Position numbers and translations under genes: made by a program. Under the pieces are notes generated by a model that was given only the letters and a program-made list of their open reading frames with translations, ran no database searches and was not told where the DNA came from. Positions 25,749-34,911 of a stretch of 56,007 nucleotides of DNA are shown here, in pieces. Origin of the DNA: Alphaproteobacteria bacterium. Its GTDB lineage: Bacteria; Pseudomonadota; Alphaproteobacteria; UBA6615. Position 1 is the first letter of the stretch, and each line of letters opens with the position of its first letter. The stretch covers positions 1 through 56,007 of the forward strand of contig JAPKDV010000002.1 in the NCBI GenBank assembly GCA_028822385.1, in the 5' to 3' direction.

Positions 25749-28438
25749 GCGAGATCGAGATGACCGGCGCAGCCGGTAGTCAGTTCGTCAATATTGGCGA
25801 GCGCACGAATGTAACCGGTTCGGCGCGTTTCCGAGACCTCATCAAGGGTGATGATTTCGATACGGCCCTAGAGGTTGCACGCCATCAGGTAGAGAACGGC
25901 GCGCAGGTAATTGATATAAACATGGATGAGGGGATGCTCGATTCTGAGGCGGCGATGGTTCGCTTCCTAAACCTCATTGCTGCTGAACCTGATATCTCGC
26001 GTGTCCCGGTGATGATCGATTCCTCCAAATGGGTGGTGATCGAAGCCGGACTGAAATGTGTGCAGGGTAAGGCGATCGTAAACTCGATCAGCCTCAAGGA
26101 AGGCGAAGAGCAGTTCCTAGATCAGGCTCGCAAGATTCGACGTTACGGTGCTGCCACAGTCGTGATGGCGTTTGACGAAGATGGTCAGGCCGACACGGCT
26201 GATCGCAAGTTCGAGATCTGCAAGCGGTCCTATGATTTGCTGACGGCAGACGGATTTCCGGCCGAGGACATTATTTTTGATCCGAACATCTTCGCGGTTG
26301 CGACGGGTATTGAAGAGCACAATGGGTACGCCATTGCGTTTATCGAGGCGACGAAGCGGATTCGCGCCGAACTGCCTCATGTCCATGTGTCAGGTGGCGT
26401 GTCTAATTTGTCGTTCTCATTCCGCGGCAACAATGCCGTGCGCGAGGCGATGCATTCGGCGTTTTTGCTGCATGCCATCCGTGCGGGCATGGATATGGGC
26501 ATCGTGAATGCTGGGCAAATCATGGTCTATGACGACATCCCGGAAGATCTGCTGGAACGTATTGAAGACGTGTTGTTCAATCGGCGCGAGGATGCCACTG
26601 ATCGGCTCCTCGAGATCGCCGATGATTATCGTGATGCTGGTACTGCGGCGCAGGAAAAAAATCTCGAATGGCGTGATGGGAATGTCACCGAACGGATAGA
26701 ATATGCGCTGATCCACGGCATCACTGATTTTATCATCGAAGATACCGAAATAGCTCGTCAGGAAGCCGAGCGCCCGCTTCACGTGATCGAAGGACCGCTG
26801 ATGGACGGCATGAATGTCGTTGGTGATTTGTTCGGTGAGGGCAAGATGTTTCTGCCCCAAGTGGTCAAAAGCGCGCGTGTCATGAAGCAGGCGGTCGCCC
26901 ATCTGACCCCCTTCATGGAGGAGGAACGCGAGGCTTCAGGACAGGCTGCCAAGGCAAATGGGAAAATCCTGATGGCGACAGTAAAAGGCGATGTCCACGA
27001 TATTGGTAAGAATATCGTGGGCGTGGTTCTTCAGTGTAACAATTACGATGTGGTTGATTTGGGCGTGATGGTGCCTGCGGAGAAAATTCTTCGCGCAGCG
27101 CTGGAAGAAAAAGTTGACATTATCGGGGTCTCTGGCTTGATCACGCCAAGCCTCGATGAAATGGTAAACCTTGCGCGCGAGATGAAGCGTCAAGACGTCC
27201 AGCTGCCTTTGTTGATCGGCGGCGCGACAACCAGTCGGTTGCACACAGCGGTCAAGATCGCGCCGGGCTACGACAATCCCGTGATTCATGTGAACGACGC
27301 CTCTAAGGCTGTCGGTGTTATGAGCAATTTACTCTCGGAAACTGCACGCGACGACTTCGTTGCAGGCATTCGCGATGAGTACGAGGCCGCGCGCGTGAAG
27401 CATGCGGGCAGTGGGCGAAAGTCCAAACGCCAGACCATCGCCGGGGCCCGTGAGAACAAGGTACCCATCGACTGGGCAGATTTTAAGGCGTCGGTTCCAT
27501 CGTTTTTGGGGACGCGCACATTCAATGCCTACGACCTATCTGAACTGCGTGAGTTTATCGATTGGACACCGTTCTTCCGGACTTGGGAACTGGCAGGCAA
27601 ATACCCCGATATCCTGCAGGACAAAGTGGTAGGGGAGAGCGCACGTGAGTTGTTCGAAGACGCGCAGGAAATGCTCGACCGTATGGTGAAAGAAAAATGG
27701 CTGGTGCCCCGCGCAGTCGTGGGCTTTTGGCCGGCCAATGCCGTTGGGGACGATATCGCCATCTATGGCGATGCTGAAGAAGGCGAAGAGCGCGCGATGG
27801 TTCGGACCTTGCGTCAGCAGATGAAGCGCAACAACACGCGTCCGAATTTTGCCCTGTCTGATTTTGTCTGTCCGGCTGACGCTGGCCATACTGATTATCT
27901 CGGCGGATTTGTTGTGACTGCTGGCTCCGAAATCGACGCGATTTCTGATCGTTTCGCGAAAGAGAACGATGACTACAATTCGATCCTGTCCAAGGCGTTG
28001 GCAGATCGGTTGGCAGAAGCCTTCGCGGAACGGATGCATCAGCGTGTGCGCGAGGAGTTCTGGGGCTATGCACCCGATGAGGGGCTTACCAATGCTGAGT
28101 TGATCAGCGAGGACTATCGCGGAATTCGTCCGGCACCGGGTTATCCGGCTTCACCGGATCACACCGAAAAGCGCACACTGTTTGATCTTCTCAATGCGGA
28201 ATCTGAAACAGGTGTGACACTCACGGAAAGCTTTGCCATGTGGCCGCCGTCCTCGGTGAGTGGGTTCTATTTTGGCAATCCGGATGCTCGTTATTTTGGC
28301 GTCGGAAAAATTGAACGTGATCAGGTAGAGGATTATGCCCAACGCAAGGGTGTAGACTTGGCCTTCGCGGAACGCTGGCTCTCACCGAACCTCAACTATG
28401 AACCCGCCGAATATAATGCTCGTGATGCGGCGGAGTAG
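25745..28438 (+). CDS. metH: Methionine synthase, pterin-binding + cap/B12-binding + AdoMet-activation modules
   Basis: ATG 25745 overlaps the upstream stop (ATGA). [13 protein letters not shown] (pterin barrel), [11 protein letters not shown] (DxHxxG B12 motif) and the C-terminal activation domain RPAPGYP...YFGVGKI. The 42 upstream codons of ORF 25619 are not protein-like. Confidence 0.9.
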   Translation: MSEIEMTGAAGSQFVNIGERTNVTGSARFRDLIKGDDFDTALEVARHQVENGAQVIDINMDEGMLDSEAAMVRFLNLIAAEPDISRVPVMIDSSKWVVIEAGLKCVQGKAIVNSISLKEGEEQFLDQARKIRRYGAATVVMAFDEDGQADTADRKFEICKRSYDLLTADGFPAEDIIFDPNIFAVATGIEEHNGYAIAFIEATKRIRAELPHVHVSGGVSNLSFSFRGNNAVREAMHSAFLLHAIRAGMDMGIVNAGQIMVYDDIPEDLLERIEDVLFNRREDATDRLLEIADDYRDAGTAAQEKNLEWRDGNVTERIEYALIHGITDFIIEDTEIARQEAERPLHVIEGPLMDGMNVVGDLFGEGKMFLPQVVKSARVMKQAVAHLTPFMEEEREASGQAAKANGKILMATVKGDVHDIGKNIVGVVLQCNNYDVVDLGVMVPAEKILRAALEEKVDIIGVSGLITPSLDEMVNLAREMKRQDVQLPLLIGGATTSRLHTAVKIAPGYDNPVIHVNDASKAVGVMSNLLSETARDDFVAGIRDEYEAARVKHAGSGRKSKRQTIAGARENKVPIDWADFKASVPSFLGTRTFNAYDLSELREFIDWTPFFRTWELAGKYPDILQDKVVGESARELFEDAQEMLDRMVKEKWLVPRAVVGFWPANAVGDDIAIYGDAEEGEERAMVRTLRQQMKRNNTRPNFALSDFVCPADAGHTDYLGGFVVTAGSEIDAISDRFAKENDDYNSILSKALADRLAEAFAERMHQRVREEFWGYAPDEGLTNAELISEDYRGIRPAPGYPASPDHTEKRTLFDLLNAESETGVTLTESFAMWPPSSVSGFYFGNPDARYFGVGKIERDQVEDYAQRKGVDLAFAERWLSPNLNYEPAEYNARDAAE

Positions 28439-28476
28439 CAGAAATATCACTGCTTCATCATCATCTGTGTGACCGG

Positions 28477-28521
28477 CCCTAGAGTATAGAATTCGCAAGA
28501 TGATGCGCCCCCTAGAGTATA
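28477..28521. repeat. Exact 12-bp direct repeat, 33 bp apart
   Basis: CCCTAGAGTATA at 28477-28488 and 28510-28521, flanking the start of a 42-codon signal-peptide-like ORF (28500-28628). Confidence 0.6.
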
Positions 28522-28726
28522 TCGCTGGGTTTGCTGCGGCCATTGCGTTTCTCTTGAGCTCACCAGCTTATACCGATGCGCTTTTGGATGGCCAAACCGC
28601 GGCCTATGATGGGAACTATGGCGGATAAATCTGGTTGTGGAGGTCACTCGCGGAAAGTGGGCATGCAAAGCGTAGACCGTCGCGCTATAGGCACCAAAAT
28701 AATTATGAAGTCTGCTGGGAAATGCT

Positions 28727-29101
28727 ATGTCTGAATTTGTTGTCCTAAAATTTAGTCAGATAGAGAAGCTCGAGTGGGGCGGCGAGGTTGTGTCGACGCC
28801 GCTGGTAGTTCCCAAGGTTTCCCCCAATGCGGCTTTAATGACCGGCATTAGTTCCTTCCCGCCGGGTAGCTCTGCGTCGATGCATAAGCACAATCGCGAT
28901 TAGCAGGTCACCTTGCTCTCCGGTATGGCCGAAGTGGATATTAAAGGTGAGCGCACCCGCCTTACGGCTTATGAATTCACCGATGTTGCCGCGGGTAAGG
29001 AACACTATTTTCTCAATCTTGGTGATAAACCCATGGTGATCCTCTGGATTTATGGCTCCGATCACGTCACCCGGACGTTTGTGGGTCAGATGTCGAAGTA
29101 G
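28727..29101 (+). pseudogene. Cupin-domain gene interrupted by an in-frame amber codon
   Basis: My own translation from ATG 28727 gives ...FPPGSSASMHKHNRD*QVTLLSG...GKEHYFLN... It fits cupin motif 1 G(X)5HXH(X)3E(X)6G exactly, except that TAG (28901-28903) occupies the conserved Glu. Motif 2 G(X)2H(X)3N is present downstream in the same frame (track ORF 28913..29101). Confidence 0.7.
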
Positions 29102-29166
29102 TTCATCTCACCGACTAAGACAGTACGGCGCCATGCTAGAAACGCTTTTTCGGCGCATGGGGTGGA

Positions 29167-30348
29167 TCAGGCCATGATCTTGCGAGCAAGATCAATCAGT
29201 AACTCGTCTTTGCCGCGGGGACCGATCAGCGAGAGACCCTGAGGCCTTCCGTCGACGGTTCCGAGAGGCAGGTTGATCTGGGGCGTGCCAGCCAGCCCGG
29301 AGATACAGGTCATGGCAATAACTCTAAAACGGCGTGCTTTTTGTTCTGAGCGTAATGAGTTGCGTGGTGGAGCTGGGAAGGGCGTTGTTGGCATGACGAT
29401 CACACCATCATCACCAAGCAGGTTTTCTATCCTGGTGCGATAACCCGGCCGAGCTGCCATGGCCTCTGCGCGTGCGTCGTCAGACCAGTTGCGCCCGATC
29501 AGGTAGTTCTCTGCAACTTCAAAACCGAAGCGTGGGTCGTTTGCATCAACCCATTCACCAAAGGTTTCCCAGGCTTCGCGGCCCTGCAGGACGGCCTGAT
29601 GGCCGAACCATGTGTCCAGACCTTCGGGTGCGAGCGTGGCGTTGGCGTGGTCACGAGTGTGCTTGCGCACCTGTTGAAGGGGGGCAGCCAATGCCTGGCG
29701 AACGCTTTCATCAGCATAGGTGAAGAGATCATCGGCGAGAATCAGACGTGGTGCGCTGTGGTCATTGATTTCGTTTTTGAGCAATTCAGCACCGGCGCGT
29801 GCAAAAATATGTGCATCACGCGCAAACCAGCCAACCGTGTCGAAACTGGGCGCTTGATCGATGGCATGGGTGAAGGGAATGCGGCCATGTGTCGTACGCA
29901 TTCCTACGACACCACAAAAGCTTGCAGGCACTCGGACAGACCCGCCGGTGTCTGTGCCCAGCGCGAAGTCCACTAGGCCGCCGGCAACTGCGGTCACGGA
30001 ACCACTGGAGGAGCCGCCTGGTACGTGGCCGGGCGCAGCAGGATTGATCGGTGTGCCGTAATGGGCGTTCTCTCCAAATATGCCGCGCGAGAGCTCGTCG
30101 GTATGCGTTTTTCCCACCATGGTCGCGCCGGCATTAACCAAGGTCTTTATAGGCCAGGAATGTTCCGTGGCCGGCTCGTGGGTCCGTTTCCAGTCAGGAT
30201 TGCCGCCGCCGGTGACATGGCCGATGACGTCATAGAGATCCTTGGCCGCAAAGGTCAGGCCCGTAAGCGTGTTGTTGCTCGCACCTTCGAGGAAGGCGTC
30301 TGTGTCGGTGCAGAACGCGTTGTATGGGTCCTCGAAGGGTAATGGCAT
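29167..30348 (-). CDS. Amidase-signature family amidohydrolase
   Basis: Ser-cisSer-Lys elements FAAKDLYDV (Lys), GGSSSGS, GTDTGGSVRVPASFCG. 393 aa, short for the family. Confidence 0.85.
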   Translation of the reverse strand: MPLPFEDPYNAFCTDTDAFLEGASNNTLTGLTFAAKDLYDVIGHVTGGGNPDWKRTHEPATEHSWPIKTLVNAGATMVGKTHTDELSRGIFGENAHYGTPINPAAPGHVPGGSSSGSVTAVAGGLVDFALGTDTGGSVRVPASFCGVVGMRTTHGRIPFTHAIDQAPSFDTVGWFARDAHIFARAGAELLKNEINDHSAPRLILADDLFTYADESVRQALAAPLQQVRKHTRDHANATLAPEGLDTWFGHQAVLQGREAWETFGEWVDANDPRFGFEVAENYLIGRNWSDDARAEAMAARPGYRTRIENLLGDDGVIVMPTTPFPAPPRNSLRSEQKARRFRVIAMTCISGLAGTPQINLPLGTVDGRPQGLSLIGPRGKDELLIDLARKIMA

Positions 30349-30354
30349 CCGGCG

Positions 30355-31449
30355 CTACTCGCCCAGATCCACGATGGCGATTACAGGCCCACCGCCCTGT
30401 GGGCCCTGATGCATGGCATCAACCGAGACGAAGACCGCCGGGTCACCGATTGCAGCTGCGGCAACACCACCGACCGCCGCCTTGGAGTGTCGGTGATGAT
30501 GCACATCGGAGTCATCCAGCATAATTTGGCGGCGGCCGCGCAGTCGGGCGCTTGGGTCGGCTTCGGATTTCATGAAGCAATTGATCAACTTGCCGTTGAG
30601 GTCTTCGGCGCGTGCGCGTTCCGGTAGGTCGAGCCCGGCATCGCGGATCGAGTTATAAATGCCGTCGATATCCAGTGCGTCCTTCATTACCGAATGGCCG
30701 ATCCGGTAGCGTCCGCCAGCGCCGGCCTTGTTGCCAAAGAGCACAATCTGTGCCCGGTCGAGTTCCACGCCCGACGAACAGGACGAGACGGCTGAATAGA
30801 TATTCAGGTTTTTACAAATGTCCTCAGCGGCTGGCATGTCAAACTCGCCCAGTGCCACACCGATCCCCAGCGCGGTGGTCCCGTTGGAAACACCCATGGA
30901 GTCATGGACCTCGCAAGCAACAGTCTGCCCGCGTGCATGGGCGTCTTTTGCGGTTTCTACCGTTAACAGCGGTGTTTTAGTCTGAACGTAGTGAACATCT
31001 TTTGGGTCTTCGATGCCGGCGTCAGCCATGGCGGCACGCACGGCTTCAGCAACCTTCTCGACCATGGCCGGGCGGCCAATATCCTCTGGCAACAATTCCA
31101 TACTCATGGCGGTACCCATGACAATGCGATCCTGGTCGGCAGGGCCGGTCTTGTCGTTGCTGGCAAAGGCCACGGCGTGGGGCGTGATAACACCGTCACA
31201 GCCACCGGACCAAACCATGGGAATTTCCTTGATGACAGCTTCGTTACGCGATCCGTGGTTCATAAGAACGGCGCGAAAAGCCTGATCAGAGAGAATGCGG
31301 GTGAAGTCGTTGACGCCTCCATTGCCCTCGGTCTTGCCGATAACAGCGACGATTTCGTCAGCACTGACGGCGCCGGACTCGATCCATTCGTCGAGGCCTG
31401 ATGCATCCGAAACGCTCTTGATCTCGATCTTGGTAACTTCGATGGCCAT
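30355..31449 (-). CDS. Ring-opening amidohydrolase of the cyanuric acid hydrolase (AtzD/TrzD) / barbiturase family
   Basis: 364 aa, collinear with AtzD as I recall it: [72 protein letters not shown]. Confidence 0.9.
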   Translation of the reverse strand: MAIEVTKIEIKSVSDASGLDEWIESGAVSADEIVAVIGKTEGNGGVNDFTRILSDQAFRAVLMNHGSRNEAVIKEIPMVWSGGCDGVITPHAVAFASNDKTGPADQDRIVMGTAMSMELLPEDIGRPAMVEKVAEAVRAAMADAGIEDPKDVHYVQTKTPLLTVETAKDAHARGQTVACEVHDSMGVSNGTTALGIGVALGEFDMPAAEDICKNLNIYSAVSSCSSGVELDRAQIVLFGNKAGAGGRYRIGHSVMKDALDIDGIYNSIRDAGLDLPERARAEDLNGKLINCFMKSEADPSARLRGRRQIMLDDSDVHHHRHSKAAVGGVAAAAIGDPAVFVSVDAMHQGPQGGGPVIAIVDLGE

Positions 31450-31552
31450 GATTAACTCCCTGGTAATTCGATAAAAAGCGTCAAAGCAATCGAGGCTCTG
31501 CTGCCAACAGACTCAGATCGTATCTCGCTTGGTTACGAAGAGTCTAAATGAC

Positions 31553-31567
31553 AATTCTTATAGAATT
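31553..31567. promoter_or_regulatory. Perfect inverted repeat in a divergent promoter region
   Basis: AATTCT-TAT-AGAATT lies about 105 bp upstream of the amidohydrolase start and about 165 bp upstream of uvrD. Confidence 0.25.
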
Positions 31568-31730
31568 ATTGGAACAACAGATACCTAGGAAGGTTCAGCG
31601 AGGGCGTTGTTTAGAAACGAGAAGTAGGTTTCGCGGTTCCGGGACATCGTCCGGCGCCGTCTGACGGTCCGAAAACCTACCTGCACCGGGCATGACACAT
31701 GATCATGACGTGGTATACTAAGGTCTTCCC

Positions 31731-34031
31731 ATGAGCGATCCATTTTACATTGAAGAGCCGCAGAATACCGCGGTTTCCGAAACGGCACCGGCACCGTATC
31801 TCACGCAGCTGAATTCGCCGCAGCGTGAGGCTGTGGAGACCCTTGATGGACCGGTGCTTGTTCTGGCTGGTGCCGGAACGGGGAAAACCCGGGTTCTGAC
31901 AACGCGTCTGGCGCATCTATTACGCCTTGGGAAAGCCCGTCCGTATCAGGTTCTTTCGGTGACCTTTACAAACCGTGCCGCGCGCGAGATGCGCGAGCGG
32001 GTGGGCCATCTCGTGGGCGGGCCGGCCGAAGCTATCTGGCTAGGCACTTTCCATGCTCTTGGTGCACGTATCCTGCGGCGGCACGCAGAATTGGTTGGGC
32101 TACGAAACAATTTCACCATTCTGGATGCCGACGATCAGGTGCGTTTACTCAAGCAACTTATTGAAGCAGAGAACCTCGACGATAAGCGGTGGCCGGCACG
32201 TGTGCTGATGGGCGTGATCCAGCGCTGGAAGGACCGGGCACTAACGCCGGACAAAGTTTCGGCCGCCGATGCAGGTGATATGGCCGGTGGCAAGCTGGTC
32301 GAGTTGTATCGTGACTACCAGGAGCGTTTGAAAACGCTCAATGCGGCCGATTTTGGTGATCTGCTGCTCCACAATCTGACGATTTTTGCCGAGAACCCTT
32401 CGGTGCTCGAGGAATACCAGGACCGCTTCCGGTACGTTCTGGTGGACGAGTATCAGGACACCAATGTGTCCCAGTATCTGTGGCTGCGTTTATTGGCCCA
32501 GAAGCACCGCAACATTGCTTGTGTGGGTGATGATGATCAGTCGATTTATGCCTGGCGGGGCGCGGAGGTTGGCAACATCCTGCGTTTCGAGGAAGATTTC
32601 CCCGGAGCCAAGATTGTCCGCCTCGAACAGAACTATCGTTCAACAGGCCCTATTCTCGGTGCTGCTTCGGGTCTTATCACGAAGAACGAGGGACGGCTCG
32701 GCAAAACGCTTTGGACGGAAGCTAAAGGTGGCGATCGCGTTGCTATCCGTGGGGTGTGGGATGGTGAGGAAGAAGCCCGTGTAGTTTCCGACCGCATTGA
32801 AAACATCCAGAACAAGGGCAACGATGGTGCACCCGTTTCGCTGAATCAGATTGCGATTCTTGTGCGTGCTGGTTTTCAGACCCGCGAGTTTGAGGAACGT
32901 TTCCTGACACTGGGGATACCCTACCGTGTCGTTGGCGGTCCGCGCTTCTATGAGCGCCAAGAGCTGCGTGACGCGCTGGCCTATCTGCGAATTATCCAGC
33001 AGCCTGACGATGACTTGGCTTTTGAGCGGATTGTCAACAAGCCCAAGCGCGGCATCGGCAACACGACGATTAAAATGCTGCATGTGACAGCCCGGGCTTC
33101 AGGAACCAGCCTTTACCGCGCAGCTGCTGAGCTCGTGAGGACAGACGAACTCCGGCCCAGTACACGGTCTTCACTGGGCGGTGTGATCTCCGATTTTGAG
33201 CGCTGGCGCGCTCTGAACGGGGACGGACGCGATGGTTTGTCTCATTCCGAGCTTGCCGAGATGGTTCTCGATGAAAGCGGCTATACCGAGATGCTGATGA
33301 ACGACAAGGCGCCTGAAGCACCGGGACGTCTGGAGAACCTCAAGGAACTGATCGTTGCGATAGATGAGTTTGAGAACTTGGCGGGGTTCCTCGAACATGT
33401 CTCTCTGGTCATGGAAAATACAGAAGCCGCCGGGAGTGATCTGGTCAATATCATGACGCTTCACTCGGCCAAGGGTCTGGAGTTCGACACCGTCTTTCTA
33501 CCCGGATGGGAAGAGGGCCTGTTTCCACATCAGCGCAACATGGATGAAAACGGACTGGCAGGTCTGGAGGAAGAGCGGCGGTTGGCCTATGTGGGCCTGA
33601 CCCGCGCCAAGCGGGAAGCGACGATCCTGTTCGCTGCGAACCGCCGGGTTCACGGCCAGTGGCAGTCCTCAATTCCGTCACGCTTTGTCGACGAGCTACC
33701 ACCTGAATTTGTCGATATGGACAGTGAGCAAGGCGTGTACGCCGGCGAATCGAGCGCATTCGGCAGCGGACGTTCGCTTGGTTACGGTGGCGGGGGGTAC
33801 GGCAGTGGCGGCTATGGTGCCGGTCGTGTGCGTGCGCCGGGACGTGATACGGAATCCACTCTGATCCATGCGGAGCCGCAGGGTTTCAGTATGGGTGAGC
33901 GAGTGTTCCACCAGAAGTTTGGCTATGGCCACATCACCGCCATCGCAGACAATAAGCTGTCGATTTCCTTCGACAAGGCTGGCGACAAAAAGGTTCTCGA
34001 CAGCTTCGTCGTGGCCGCAGACGCGGTTTAA
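31731..34031 (+). CDS. uvrD: ATP-dependent DNA helicase UvrD/PcrA family (SF1A)
   Basis: Helicase motifs LAGAGTGKT, VTFTNRAAREM, VLVDEYQDTN, YRS, TLHSAKGLEFD, LAYVGLTRAK. Gly/Tyr-rich linker followed by a C-terminal Tudor-like domain (GERVFHQKFGYGHI). Confidence 0.95.
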   Translation: MSDPFYIEEPQNTAVSETAPAPYLTQLNSPQREAVETLDGPVLVLAGAGTGKTRVLTTRLAHLLRLGKARPYQVLSVTFTNRAAREMRERVGHLVGGPAEAIWLGTFHALGARILRRHAELVGLRNNFTILDADDQVRLLKQLIEAENLDDKRWPARVLMGVIQRWKDRALTPDKVSAADAGDMAGGKLVELYRDYQERLKTLNAADFGDLLLHNLTIFAENPSVLEEYQDRFRYVLVDEYQDTNVSQYLWLRLLAQKHRNIACVGDDDQSIYAWRGAEVGNILRFEEDFPGAKIVRLEQNYRSTGPILGAASGLITKNEGRLGKTLWTEAKGGDRVAIRGVWDGEEEARVVSDRIENIQNKGNDGAPVSLNQIAILVRAGFQTREFEERFLTLGIPYRVVGGPRFYERQELRDALAYLRIIQQPDDDLAFERIVNKPKRGIGNTTIKMLHVTARASGTSLYRAAAELVRTDELRPSTRSSLGGVISDFERWRALNGDGRDGLSHSELAEMVLDESGYTEMLMNDKAPEAPGRLENLKELIVAIDEFENLAGFLEHVSLVMENTEAAGSDLVNIMTLHSAKGLEFDTVFLPGWEEGLFPHQRNMDENGLAGLEEERRLAYVGLTRAKREATILFAANRRVHGQWQSSIPSRFVDELPPEFVDMDSEQGVYAGESSAFGSGRSLGYGGGGYGSGGYGAGRVRAPGRDTESTLIHAEPQGFSMGERVFHQKFGYGHITAIADNKLSISFDKAGDKKVLDSFVVAADAV

Positions 34032-34035
34032 AGCA

Positions 34036-34911
34036 TTGTCGACGGAACCAGTCTGGAAAATCGAGTTTATCGTGCCCACGGAACATGGTGACTTGTTTGC
34101 AGAAGCAATCGAGCCTTTTTGCGGCGCACTGACCACCTTCCTTATTGAAAAAACCGAGGAAAGCCAGTTCTCCGGGTATAGTTCCGAGGCCCCTGATGAA
34201 GTTGTGCTTCGTAAAGCGCTCAGGCGAGCTGCAGAGGAGGTCGGCATATTTGCTCCAACAGCAGATATGGTTTTATTACCGGAAACAGACTGGGTTGCCG
34301 AAAACCAGGCCCATTTCGAACCCGTTCGTGCAGGCCGGTTTTACGTTCATGATTCCTATCACCTGAATACGGCACCGGCGGGGGCGGTCCCTATCCTCGT
34401 GGATGCGGCCACGGCATTTGGCACGGGGCATCATGGAACCACGCGAGGCTGTCTAGAGGCGCTGGAGCAGTTGGTTCGTGCGGGTGCGGTTATGGCTCCA
34501 ATTCTCGATCTGGGTTGTGGAACCGGGATATTGGGGATCGCGGCGGCGAAGGCGCTTCGGATGCCTGTGATCGCAACGGATATCGACCCGGTCGCCGTGT
34601 CTATGGCCAAGGCAAATGTACGTCTCAACAGCGTGTTGCCTTATATGAATGCTTTTGAAAGTCGTGGTCTCGAGGCCATTGAGGCTCGACGGCATGGCCC
34701 TTACGGTTTGATCTTTGCCAATATTCTCGCGCGACCATTGCAGCGTCTGGCATCATCTATCGCCGCGAACCTGGCGCTGGGTGCGCCAGTTATTCTGTCT
34801 GGATTGCTGCAGACGCAGGAACAGCAGGTGTTGTCCGCTTATCTGAGCCAAGGCCTGTCCCTGCGGGCGCGCATACACCGCGACGAGTGGTCGACGTTGA
34901 TCTGTAGCTAG
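34036..34911 (+). CDS. prmA: Ribosomal protein L11 methyltransferase
   Basis: FGTGHHGTTRGCLEAL and SAM motif LDLGCGTGILGIAAAK. TTG 34036 (MSTEPVWKIEF) is chosen just after the uvrD stop. The longer track ORF overlaps uvrD and is rejected. Confidence 0.85.
   Translation: MSTEPVWKIEFIVPTEHGDLFAEAIEPFCGALTTFLIEKTEESQFSGYSSEAPDEVVLRKALRRAAEEVGIFAPTADMVLLPETDWVAENQAHFEPVRAGRFYVHDSYHLNTAPAGAVPILVDAATAFGTGHHGTTRGCLEALEQLVRAGAVMAPILDLGCGTGILGIAAAKALRMPVIATDIDPVAVSMAKANVRLNSVLPYMNAFESRGLEAIEARRHGPYGLIFANILARPLQRLASSIAANLALGAPVILSGLLQTQEQQVLSAYLSQGLSLRARIHRDEWSTLICS

Noticed and set aside
28447-28668. 73-aa minus-strand ORF downstream of metH, and the 76-aa minus-strand ORF 28835..29065.
   Set aside because: Both are His/Arg-rich and not protein-like. 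The second is antisense to the clearly recognisable cupin frame. The plus strand gives better explanations (truncated signal-peptide ORF, cupin pseudogene).
33780-33826. Gly/Tyr-rich low-complexity stretch (GYGGGGYGSGGYGAG) in uvrD, considered as a possible repeat expansion or frameshift artefact.
   Set aside because: It stays in frame and links the helicase core to a well-formed C-terminal Tudor-like domain (GERVFHQKFGYGHI). Flexible linkers at this position are normal for UvrD/PcrA.
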